DNA of 47,364 bases, from the NCBI GenBank assembly GCA_001687465.1, contig LVLI01000388.1, positions 62,001-109,364 on the forward strand, given 5' to 3'. Within the stretch, counting starts at the first letter, position 1; each line of letters opens with the position of its first letter. This DNA comes from Halocafeteria seosinensis. Taxonomy: Eukaryota. Shown here piece after piece: positions 37,131-47,364 of this stretch. Both the position numbers and the translations under genes were made by a program. Under the pieces are notes generated by a model. That model was not told where the DNA came from and did no database searches. It saw only the letters and a list, made by a program, of their open reading frames with translations.

Positions 37131-37963
37131 ATGGGGAGTTTCTTGGGGCTAATGTTCAAAGAGTCATGTCTAACCAGCGAAGAACAAGATCCTCTCTTTG
37201 CAGCTTGCAGCCTTGGAGACATTGAGGCAGTCAGAAGCATCATGGATAGTCTTGAAAGCAAACACAAGAGGAAACGCAAAGTTAAGCAAGCTAGCCCAAC
37301 CATGGAATCTTTTACCCTTGACATCAACAGGATTGTGAATGATGTGAGATTGGTAGGTACAGTCAACGTAAAGCCCATCACCATTTCCGTCTGGGAAATT
37401 GCCTCATGGTTCACTCAATAAGTTCCCGTATACCACTACAATACGCCGTTAACTTTTGAACCATTGCAGGGTGGACTTACTCCACTTCATGTAGCCGTCA
37501 TCCAGGGGCAATCTGACGTTGTCAAGACGCTCATAGAGGAATTCGGGGCTTCGGTTGACATAAGAAGTATAAAAGTACGGGTTATCATTGATACGATTCT
37601 ACATGTATACTGAGAGGGTTTTGTATAGAATCCAAACGTTGCAGTTCGGAGATACACCACTACATGACGCCGTATATAATCGTGACGAAAAAATGACCCA
37701 CATGCTGATAGAGTATGGTGCGGATCCAAGTGTCCAAGACTATGTAAGGGGAAATAGGAAGTACTGTTTGTCTCGCTAACCATTAGAGGAAGTATGAGCT
37801 AGTGCAGGATGGAAAAAGCCCGTTGAATCTTGCCAAAATGGACGAACGCTTCTGGGGCAGCAACGGCTGCCGCAAGTTTCTCGAAGGTTCCCTGAAAAGG
37901 AATCAATCGCCGTGCGGCGCGTACCGATTCGGATTCGCTCAAACAATGCCAGGCGATAATTGA
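37131..37963 (+). CDS. Small ankyrin-repeat protein, paralog A. Exons 37131-37352, 37470-37574, 37645-37743, 37808-37963
   Basis: PLFAACSLGD, GLTPLHVAVIQGQSDVVKTLI, GDTPLHDAVYN...GADPS, GKSPLNLA; three GT..CAG introns. Confidence 0.85.
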
Positions 37964-38390
37964 CGCATATAGCTTTGTGGTTTAATAATGAATCATTCAT
38001 GCAGCGGAACGGGCTCAAAGGAAGAAACACGACCGCTGAGCGAGAGGCTAGTCCGCACCCTGTGCTGTGAGGTCGCTAAGGTCTCCACGCTGTCCACGTG
38101 TTCGACATTATGGCATGACTATGCCCCTTCACATTGAGATCCTAAAGGAAGAGAGAGCTGCTTCAATGCTGTCTGTAATTTTTGAACCCTTAACGTCATG
38201 CTGGGGCCTCCTATTATCAAATTGTTGCATTCCACTCAGGAACGGTTGAACTGTTTCTCCACCGGACAGGCTTCTTTTCTCCAGCGGAGATTCAACCATC
38301 GTAATTGTACCTCCCGCTTTCAGCGTTTTGATGATGCAGTAGACACGGCAGAATTGAAGGCAATTGAATGGTGCTCCAGTCTGCCACTAT

Positions 38391-39227
38391 ATGATGAGCG
38401 GACTCTATAATTTTAGGTTTAAGGAGTCGTGCTTGGCCCCCGAAGAACAAGATCCGCTTTTCGCCGCATGCAGCGTAGGGGATGTGGATAGAGTGAAGGA
38501 AATTATGCATGACCTTAAGAAGAAACAGGAGAAAGGAAATACCTTTAAAAGGGACGGTTCAGCCATGGAGACGTTTACACTGGATATTGACAGAATCGTA
38601 AACGATATGAAAATGGTATGTACAGTGTACTGCCGAGCTGACACCCTGTCGCCAACGTGACCGTCCGTATGGGAGCTGGCCGGTACTGGTAGGCAACAGG
38701 AAGGAGGAAAATAAGCTTAGCCCCTTGAATAGAGTAATCTGGGTTCAGACTGACGGAATGGTATCTTCTTTGCTCCTTTGCAGGGAGGTCTCACTCCGCT
38801 GCATGTTGCTGCCACAAATGGGCACGCGGAAGTTGTGCGTACATTGGTAGAGGACTTCGGTGCTGCTGTTGACGTAAAAAGCTTTAAAGTAAGAACCTAT
38901 ACAGCTACAACAGTAAAATAGCAAGTCCCCATTTCTCTATTAAAGAGGTACAGTTTGGCGATACTCCATTGCATGAGGCCGTGCACAATCGCAACGAAGA
39001 AATGGCGAGGCTTTTAGTAGAACGATATGGAGCCGATCCGTCCGTAGAGAACGACGTAAGTGCTGGTGACATTCGTTGGTTCTACTCACTTGAGGATGTA
39101 TTACAAACAATCGGCAATTGCTCAGGAAGGCAAAAGCCCGTTAGACGTAGTCAAAATGGATGAAAAGCTCCGGGGTAAGAACAAGTGCCGAGAGTTCCTT
39201 GAAGAGCACGGGAACCGGAACCAGTAA
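38391..39227 (+). CDS. Small ankyrin-repeat protein, paralog B (tandem duplicate of A). Exons 38391-38615, 38784-38888, 38954-39055, 39126-39227
   Basis: FKESCLAPEEQDPLFAACSVGD, GLTPLHVAATNGHAEVVRTLV, GDTPLHEAVHN...GADPS, GKSPLDVV. Intron positions are the same as in paralog A. Confidence 0.85.
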
Positions 39228-39466
39228 CCCCCGCTGTGCGGCGAACTGCAAAGTTTCATTGGTGTACGATGACTTCAGCGGACAGAGAGTGCAGGTAGAC
39301 ATAGCCTGTCTTCGCCTGATTCGGAGTTCGAAATAGCGTAGGTATATGATGGATTCAGTATGGATGGAGGTTAACGTAAATGTTGTAGAGCCGTGTCGGT
39401 GTCCTTTATCATTAACTGTGTAAGAATTATGTGATTCTGCCAGCTCATTAAAATAGTAACGGAATT

Positions 39467-42400
39467 CTAGCTATGTTTTTTTGTACCCAAATATCGCGCA
39501 TTGTAGTGACTATTCCTTCGCGACCTATCCCGGTAGGTTCTGAAGTCGTTAACCTGTTTTTCAGCATTTCTATGTATGTCTTCCATTAGATGGTATAGTC
39601 CAGCACCGGTCCCACTATCGCCTTCTCTCACCGCGTCTTGAGCCATAGCATTGGATATCTGGTGGTTAAGATCCTCCATCGCAATCGGCGTTTCAGCCCT
39701 TCCATCTTGACGCTTCAACAGTGAAGATGCAAGGGCAGACCATCTATCCCCTTGCGTTCCTGTTGATGAAGGTCCATTTCCACCTGAGGTACCTGCTTCG
39801 GCGGAGTCGTCGTTGACACGTACAGCCTGTGTGCCTCACGTTTCGTTGATAATAACAGCTATTGCACACAAGCAAGGCTTCCCACTTACCTCGAGATACG
39901 CACTTTCCAACTTAGAACTGGAGAGATCAAGCGGAACGGACTCCTCAGACTCTATCGCACACTTAGCTGCTCCCAAACCATACAAAACGGCCTCGTCCAT
40001 GCTTTTACCTTCGGAAATGGCGTGCACTACCCCTGCGACAAAGTTGTCTCCCGCGCCTGCAGCGGCGGCAACCTATTTCAACACATTGCAGTTACCTTTG
40101 CAAAGAAAAGAGCCCTTACCTGTACATGTATGGACTGTCGCCGAAGGAGGCTTGTAAAGAGCAAAGTCAAAACCGGTTTCAATCGAGGCTTGGAAGAACG
40201 AAGAGGAATACATTTTCCAAAACATTTCCTCATCACGACAAGGGGGAGAGCTAAGCCACAAGACCCCTTCCTCACCGAGGGTAATCAGGACATGTTTCAT
40301 ACCATCCACAGTTCCGACCAAAAGTTCCTCTGATAAAGGGTTACACATGGCTGCTAGGATTTTCTGCCCTGCCTCTAGTACAGCCGAAGTCAAAGCAGAT
40401 GACTCGCCCTCCTCTTGTTCGACATCTTGGTTTTCCTTATCTCCTTTGTATCCTTTGTGCACTGTTGTCTCGCTGCTTTGCTTGGAGAAGTCTCGCTCCA
40501 TACTGACAGCAGTGTATCTTTCCGAATCTTGCTCCTCCAAGGAGCTCTCATCTTGTTTCTGCTGGCGCTGGGAATCATCTGCTTTAGGAACCCTCGCTTT
40601 AGGGGTTTTCCAAGCACTTGGAACAGACGCACTCGAAGTAGAGCCTTTTGACTTCTTCCGTGGGTTGTCCTTCTTACGCTTCATCCCTATCGACTCCTTG
40701 TTTTCCGCTTCGTGCGCTTCAGGACTGGCCGCTACCCCCTCTGATGGATCTATCAATCGTGCAGTGTTCTCTTCATCCTGATTTGGAGTAGTATAGCGCT
40801 GGAGAACTGCTTGCACCTCTTCCATTGTCACCCCTGCTTCTTCCATTTTTCTTTGGGCATCTTCTGTTGCTAAAGATTGCATCATTTCAGAAACATTTAT
40901 ACTTGATATGTCCAAACCATGCTGGTTTGCATATTCTTCTATATTCATGGCATTCTCCGTTGTCAGTTCGTCTCCAGACTCATCGGTGAATTTAGCGTCA
41001 TATGTTGAATCGTCATCTAATGACTCTGCCATAGCGATGGCTTCATCAGCATTTGGGCTCACCACAGCCACTTTGCATAACGCCTCAAATGACGCAAGCC
41101 GTTTTCCCTGGAGTTGCAAATACATTCGTCTTGTACGTGGTTATAGGTGGCCTATGTAGGTACTACGTACTTTTTGTAGACTTGTGGGCTCAAACCATAC
41201 AGGAACTCCTTTACGCAGAGCAACAGATTCAAGCAAGGATTCGTTGGAGCAATCCTCCATAATGGAATCGATTTCGCTCATCCGTTGTTCCGGAGTCAAG
41301 GACAGCTCCAAACACGTTTCGAGCCTATTCGTAATGGGCCCTTGCTCTTTGCCATGTTTCAGGTGCGACATCATCTGATAAACCAGGTCTAACTGTGCGA
41401 CCGACACTGCAGCATTGCATATGGAATTAAGTGCGGCTACGTTAAAGTTCGCATCTGCGATAGTGACAGATGATGCACGTATTCGGTTGTAAAACTTCTG
41501 TATAGAAGCATCGGTTATTTCCTCAAAACAGCTCATATCTGCGATTGCTCCTACCAAGTCTCCCTTTTCGTCCAGCATCGCCGAATAGACTGCAGACTTG
41601 GGAGCATTAGCTGAGGAGCCACGAAGGGACCCATCAAAGTCTAGTCCATTGAAATATTCCTGAATTCATATCAAATATTAAGACGCTGCAACATAAGGAA
41701 AACCGATAAAGGGTAAGCCACACACCAGTTCTTGACTCTGTAGGTACGCTCTTATAGGTCCTGCGAAACCGTCGTCTCCGATTGCAGTAATGAAAGCAGG
41801 GTAGTGTTTCAGCCGGGATAACGCTACCGCAATATTCGAGGCCACCCCTGTATTGAGTTAAAATGGAGATGTACACAGCGCTAATAGCCGTGAGTTACGT
41901 ACCTCCGAAGGACTGCTGCAATACACCAGGGTTGCTAGTGTGGAGCTGGAACTTCTGCCCTGGATGAGGCTTCGCAGTAAGGTCGACCACTGCTCCACCA
42001 AAAATGATAGGATACACTTCGGGGAGACTTGAATCCCTTTTCTCGGGCATGTTATCAGTAGTAGCCGCCGCAGTGCTATAAGAGCGAACCTTGCTTTCCC
42101 TGCTTGATGAAAAGTAGGCTGCTGTGATCTTCCCTCCTACTAATGCATTGTTCTTGACAAGCTCTATGTTGGACTTTAAAGACGCTCCTTTTGTCATTTC
42201 ATTTACTCTCCTAAGGACATACGGGGTAACATCCTTACCTGCCATCCAGGATTCCAACACTGGGAAATGAGCTTCTAAGAGATAAAAAGTGCATGAAAAC
42301 AATTACCATACCGTGTATTCCGTGTTCGTCTGCCTCCTCCAGAGACCGGAGGATGGATGAATTAACCAATTCCGCATCCGCGGGGTTTGGGTTCGGAACG

Positions 42401-43421
42401 CCGAGCAGCATCCCTGATTCAATCCCTAAATAATCCGCCGTGACCATTGTCTTCGCTACCTGGCATCCAGGAAAGGGAGATGACGAAACCTTATATGGCA
42501 CATATTAGCTCAAAGTCGCTACTTACTGCCTCTTCATTGTGGAATACCAAAGGACACTCAACACCTGAATTGTTGGTAAAAAATGCCGGAAACTCGTCAC
42601 ATTTCCACCCAGCAACGGGAACCCCATAAGTTTCCAATATTTCTAAAGTTCTGGGTATATCCAGTATACTCTTCACTCCAGCACAAACTACTGTAACCGG
42701 AGTCCGAGCCAACTCTGTTAGATCGGCAGACATGTCTGGAGTCCATCGAGCAGACAACCGTGGATGAATCAACATGCCCTGTGCTCGTTAAACGCTACTT
42801 ACCCATTGTTTCATTATACTCCCGATGCACTCCTCCTATTCCTCCTGTTACGAACAATCGGATTCCACTCCGATGCGCAAGTAGCATCGTAGAGGCAACA
42901 GTGGTAGCTCCGTGGGATCCCATCGCCACCGCGTAAGCAATATCGCGGCGAGAACATTTCCGCACGTTTTCGGCTGTGCCGAGGACCTCTAACTCTGTAT
43001 CCGACAATCCAACGTGGATTTTACCATGTAGTATTGCAATCGTAGCCGGAATGGCTCCCTGGCTCCGGACAATTTCTTCCACAGTTCGTGCTGTCTCAAC
43101 ATTTTGTGGGTATGGCATACCTGGGGTAAGTATCGAAAATACAAACATCATTCATCCGCATTTGAGATCCATTCATCCAAGTTACAACATACCATGAGAT
43201 ATTATTGTGGATTCCAAGGCCACGATTTCTGCGCAGTCAAATAAAAGTAAGCATTGGGTGCCTCCTTTCTTGTTGCCAATTCACATACGCTTTGCGCGCC
43301 CTTCGTTGAGGGCGCTTTGCACCTCTGGACTGTATGAAAATCCTGTATAGCTTCGATATCCGGCATAACACCTCCTGAAACATGGTCTCCAGCGTGGTGA
43401 AGACACCAACAGCCGCCTCAT
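39467..43421 (-). CDS. Bifunctional pseudouridine-5'-phosphate glycosidase (PsuG/IndA) - PfkB-family pseudouridine kinase, with probable mitochondrial presequence; multi-exon
   Basis: N-terminus [19 protein letters not shown]. PsuG motifs [70 protein letters not shown]. PfkB motifs [44 protein letters not shown] (split by an intron). Final exon ends at TAG 39467. Confidence 0.92.
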
Positions 43422-43984
43422 GCCCCCTGTCTCAATTTCCCCGACTGCTTTCCTTACTTCCTTGGACGTCTATTTTAGCTCTGAAAAATGACTTAAGACT
43501 TCGAAATCGACCCAAAAGACTGCCGAAGAGTGAGTCAGAGTGACCAAATGTGTGGAGGTGTGAAGCTGAGGACTTTGTGAAGTTAAGCGCTGCCTTCGAT
43601 GAAGCTCTTCTGGGAGATAAATGCATTATGTATGCACAGACACACCCATTCTCTCTCAAGAGCTGCTGTTGAGGACGAGAACTGGCTTGTAGAACGCACC
43701 GGCGTGCGGTTTAGCCATCGAAGTTGAAGTAGCCTCACGCTTAACTTAACAAAGCAGTTCAATTCTTGCTTGAGCCTTCTGGTATTGGGTATTAACTACA
43801 CTTGTAGCTAATAGTGTAGCGAATATCCACTACCGTGGCACATCAAGAACAAAGAAAAACATACGCATCTGGTGGAGCTAGAGTACCTACACATTACCGT
43901 TGTAGGCTAAAGAAATAAAGGTGGCAACGTTTCCCAAAACTTGACAATTTTCGTGAGTCTACGGTACGAAATCAAACGAGCTTT

Positions 43985-45271
43985 CTAAAGCGCAAATCGC
44001 AAATCCTCAATAACTGCAGCACTAAAAGAAGGGTTCAGTCTTATTAGAAACCAGCGATTAACAAAGTGTGGACTGCTTGGATGGTCCTTAAGTAATTTCC
44101 CGAGGTAATATGCATCCCTCAAGGGGGGCTTTTCATTTATGATTAACCTCTTTTCCATCATCGATGTTTCGTCTTTGCCCATGAAGAAATTGAGTGCCCC
44201 GGAGCCTTTATGTTTCCCGCGGAACTGTCCCGCAAACCATTCATTCGAGCTTTCAGCGGTGGCGACTAGCAAGGCCGCGTTGAGGTGCAGCTTATCCACA
44301 TCTCGACCTTGCCAAGATTCCCTAAGTTGCTCAAGGAGGGGCATTCTTCCGTCTTTTCCTTGCGCATTTGCTTCTTCTGTCCGCGCTTCTGCTTGATTTT
44401 CTTCAAAGCCATCTTCTTGTTTGTTCTGAGCTGCTTCACCTCCGTCATCAATAAGAACGCCAAACTCTTCCGGAGTATCCAATTGTTCACTCGCATACAG
44501 CGTTCCCATTCCTGGTTGCCAAGTTCCATCGTGATTTTCCAACACGATGACATATTGTCCATAATTCTCCCCTGGAGCAGCAAGAGACCAGAACACACCA
44601 AGGCCCTCAACCAATACTCCATATCCCGACACAGGATCCTTCCGTTGCGGCATCTTCTGTGGGATCTGGATAAGAAACTCCAGGCGACGAGACTGACCCG
44701 CATTCCCAAGAGTTCGTTTAGTGATCATTACAGGATACTCAACGCCAATATCCTTCACGATATCCAATTTCTTCACATTGATGCTTACGCGGTACGTCGG
44801 GTGATTGTCTTGAAACGCAATCGGAGTCCCAGGACCTGGATCCGGTATATTGCCTTTACCGAGTGTGATCCACGTGACGGCAAACTCGACAACGAGAAAG
44901 ATCATAAATGCAATCATAAAGGCCTTTAAAAGATCCAACGGTGTTTCATCCTTGTCCTTGTTGGCGGCAATAGTGAACAGGGATGCAATGAAGCAAAGCA
45001 AGCAAAATCGCCACGCAACGGACGCGGCGGCTTTTGCATAAGCTGCAATTGGCTTAGCATGGAACCCCAAATACACTTCTCTACCATCTACGGAAGCTAG
45101 CAGTACAAAGAAGCATGCCTCTGCCCAATACACGAGGCCTGTGCCTACAGACTGATTTTGAGACAACGCAAACCCATTAACTGTGGCCGCGAGGACGGTA
45201 CCTCCCGCAACCCCTTTACTGCCGGCGTCTTTCAACCCTTGAATAACTTTTGAAAAGATTTTGACTGACAT
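43985..45271 (-). CDS. Uncharacterised intronless membrane protein, copy 1 (428 aa from ATG 45271)
   Basis: Long uninterrupted ORF with ~4 N-terminal hydrophobic helices. Clear paralog of 45594-46880 (NGFALSQ, VDGREVYLGFHA, LGKGNIPDPGPG, LEFL, GLGVFW, WQ.GMGT, WFAGQF.GKH, PPLR..YYLGKLL, LRFAL*). Confidence 0.85.
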   Translation of the reverse strand: MSVKIFSKVIQGLKDAGSKGVAGGTVLAATVNGFALSQNQSVGTGLVYWAEACFFVLLASVDGREVYLGFHAKPIAAYAKAAASVAWRFCLLCFIASLFTIAANKDKDETPLDLLKAFMIAFMIFLVVEFAVTWITLGKGNIPDPGPGTPIAFQDNHPTYRVSINVKKLDIVKDIGVEYPVMITKRTLGNAGQSRRLEFLIQIPQKMPQRKDPVSGYGVLVEGLGVFWSLAAPGENYGQYVIVLENHDGTWQPGMGTLYASEQLDTPEEFGVLIDDGGEAAQNKQEDGFEENQAEARTEEANAQGKDGRMPLLEQLRESWQGRDVDKLHLNAALLVATAESSNEWFAGQFRGKHKGSGALNFFMGKDETSMMEKRLIINEKPPLRDAYYLGKLLKDHPSSPHFVNRWFLIRLNPSFSAAVIEDLRFAL

Positions 45272-45593
45272 TGTGATAAGGAATATAACTTTGATTACAA
45301 GCAAAACTGACTCAGAAGGGATTATGACCGAAAAGGGAACTAAGCAACTTGACAATTCAGAGGCAAGGGTGGCGGTGACACTAGGAGATGGGAATACGGC
45401 AGTGCCTAGCGGCACGACTGGCCATAGATGGTACTATCGCAAAATTGGTACGCTACAAACGCAAATTGCACATTTAGTACCGGCAGAAAGAAGGGGTTCG
45501 CTCGGTCGATACAATGAATGAGTTTTACTGCTTTTTTCACGGAGTACCGCTTATTGCATGCGCATTTCTTTACAACACTGATCGGTATACAGC

Positions 45594-46880
45594 CTAGAGC
45601 GCAAAACGAAGTTCCTCGATAACATTGACGGCGTAGGTTTGGTCCAATTTTAGCAGAAACCAACGGCCACGAAGGTTCCGACTACGCGCATTGTGCAACA
45701 GAAGCTTTCCGAGGTAGTATGGCTCACGCAAAGGAGGATTCTCGCTAATGACCACATATCTTTCTTTAAAAGGATTGTCGTTGTTACCCGCGTAGAACTT
45801 GAGCGAAGCGTTGTGCTTTCCTTGAAACTGACCTGCAAACCAATCGGAACCCTCGGCCGCGACCAAGAGCCACGCGATATAAAAACGCATCTTCTCGAAA
45901 TTCCTTTTGTTCCATTGTGCACTAATATTGTTCAGCAAACGTTCGTCATTCTGTTGGGTGTCTTCTTTTGCTTCTTTCGGAACAACATCGTTTCCTGGGG
46001 GATCTTGAGCCTGTCCTTGTTCTGTGCCTTGTGGATCTCCAGTCGCTTCTTCGATTACCACGTCAAAGCCCGCCGGGGTATTGAAGTCGGCGCTCGAAAA
46101 TTGGGTTCCCATCCCTGCTTGCCAGTGTCCGTGCCGAAATTCCAATGCAACTACACGCTGATTAGCCGTGCCGCGAGAAAGAAACCAAAAAACACCCAGC
46201 CCAGCGACTGAGATTCCATAGCCGGCCTGACGCTCCTGGTTGTGTGAGTGTGATCTGAATTGAACTAGAAACTCCAGCCGGCACGGATCTTTCCCGATTC
46301 CAAGGGAACGGCTGGCGACCATTATGGGCTGTTCCACGCCGTTTCCTTGGTCTAACCCCACGTATTCTTTTTGGTTTAGGGCCTTGGCATCGATGCTTAT
46401 TCGATAAGTCCTGTAGTTGTCTTCTAACGCGATAGGGATCCCGGGACCAGGGTCAGGGATGTTGCCTTTCCCCAGAATGATCCACGTAATGGCGAATTCT
46501 CCTATGAGACAAACAACGAAGGCTACCAAGAAGCCTTCTACAAAACTCAGCAGCGTCTCTTCTTCGGCATCACTGACAGTCGAAAACAACAACGCAATGA
46601 AGATAAGTAAACAAATCCGCCAAATCGTTGATGCGACAGCTTTAGAGGCTGCCGGGATCGCCTGCGCGTGGAAGCCCAAATACACTTCTCTTCCATCAAC
46701 GGCTGCCACTAAAACGAAAAAGATACACTCTGCCCCATAGACTAGGTTTGAAGCTATAGATGGTTCCTGCGAGAGCGCAAACCCATTGAGAGCTCCGGCA
46801 AGGGCGATTCCTACCACTATTCCCTTGCTGGTGCTGTTGGACAAGGATCGAACGAGAGCCGAGACAGCACTTGAAGACAT
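45594..46880 (-). CDS. Uncharacterised intronless membrane protein, copy 2 (428 aa from ATG 46880)
   Basis: Paralog of 43985-45271. Alignment of the N-termini (MSSSAVSALVRSL vs MSVKIFSKVIQGL) and the inverted-repeat boundary 33 bp upstream both support ATG 46880. Confidence 0.85.
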   Translation of the reverse strand: MSSSAVSALVRSLSNSTSKGIVVGIALAGALNGFALSQEPSIASNLVYGAECIFFVLVAAVDGREVYLGFHAQAIPAASKAVASTIWRICLLIFIALLFSTVSDAEEETLLSFVEGFLVAFVVCLIGEFAITWIILGKGNIPDPGPGIPIALEDNYRTYRISIDAKALNQKEYVGLDQGNGVEQPIMVASRSLGIGKDPCRLEFLVQFRSHSHNQERQAGYGISVAGLGVFWFLSRGTANQRVVALEFRHGHWQAGMGTQFSSADFNTPAGFDVVIEEATGDPQGTEQGQAQDPPGNDVVPKEAKEDTQQNDERLLNNISAQWNKRNFEKMRFYIAWLLVAAEGSDWFAGQFQGKHNASLKFYAGNNDNPFKERYVVISENPPLREPYYLGKLLLHNARSRNLRGRWFLLKLDQTYAVNVIEELRFAL

Positions 46881-47364
46881 CTGTTTCACGTCGTAAACGG
46901 GTACTTTCTCCACTGAGCTGATCTTCTTACAGCAGCAGCAGCATCGAACAAGAGGATGGGTGTGCACGCAGTTGGACTTATACCGTGGGTATGGAGACAT
47001 CTACCGCGTAGGATTGAATACCAAGTGAAGTGAATACTGAAAGCATAAGACATTGCGCTACTTTTCGTTCAAGTGTTGGTCGAAGCCATGTTGATGCTAC
47101 ATTACAACCATATGGTGGTAGTATACCGTAAACGACACTGTGTTGTCAGCACGCGATGGAGGAAACACTTGGAGGATTTCTTCGAGAGGTTTGCGTGTTG
47201 AATTACGTCCTGCACTTCGCACCGTCACTGGTGGAGAAAGTACCCGTTTACGACGTGAAACAGATGTCTTCAAGTGCTGTCTCGGCTCTCGTTCGATCCT
47301 TGTCCAACAGCACCAGCAAGGGAATAGTGGTAGGAATCGCCCTTGCCGGAGCTCTCAATGGGTT
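46780..47364. repeat. Perfect inverted repeat: 46780-46913 vs 47231-47364 (134 bp visible), 317-bp spacer
   Basis: 47231-47364 is the exact reverse complement of 46780-46913. The right arm is truncated by the window end. Confidence 0.95.
47264..47364 (+). CDS. Uncharacterised membrane protein, copy 3 (3'-partial), identical to the start of copy 2
   Basis: ATG 47264 gives MSSSAVSALVRSLSNSTSKGIVVGIALAGALNG..., open to the window edge. Confidence 0.75.
   Translation, partial: MSSSAVSALVRSLSNSTSKGIVVGIALAGALNG

Noticed and set aside
38658..38660. In-frame TGA in ankyrin B as selenocysteine or readthrough
   Set aside because: It lies within a canonical intron whose removal restores the ankyrin frame; no SECIS was identified.
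43432..43980. Short ORF 43432-43659 and intergenic sequence
   Set aside because: No motifs; consistent with the promoter of the PsuG-PsuK gene and the 3' region of copy 1.
1..47364. CRISPR arrays, tRNA/rRNA genes, telomeric repeats, non-standard genetic code
   Set aside because: None seen by eye; conserved genes translate cleanly with the standard code once GT-AG introns are removed.

Overview
Gene-dense eukaryotic (protist-like) nuclear DNA with short GT-AG introns (mostly ~50-110 nt), read with the standard code. In order: a chitin synthase (- strand, running off the window's left edge), an unknown membrane protein, XPF/ERCC4, a ~4,200-aa BLTP1/Csf1/Tweek-type bridge-like lipid-transfer protein, a Zn(II)2Cys6 transcription factor, a probable DASH/Dam1-complex Ask1-like kinetochore protein, an Eis-like GNAT, a POP-type organellar family-A DNA polymerase, a decayed RLE-type non-LTR retrotransposon fragment, two tandem ankyrin genes, a PsuG-PsuK pseudouridine-catabolism fusion, and three copies of an intronless unknown membrane-protein gene, the last two forming a perfect head-to-head inverted repeat. 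The most striking observation is that the chitin synthase's last exon stays open to base 1 and re-enters a second copy of the motif that opens its own catalytic domain, suggesting a tandem two-domain chitin synthase. All gene models and family calls were made by eye; no database search was run.
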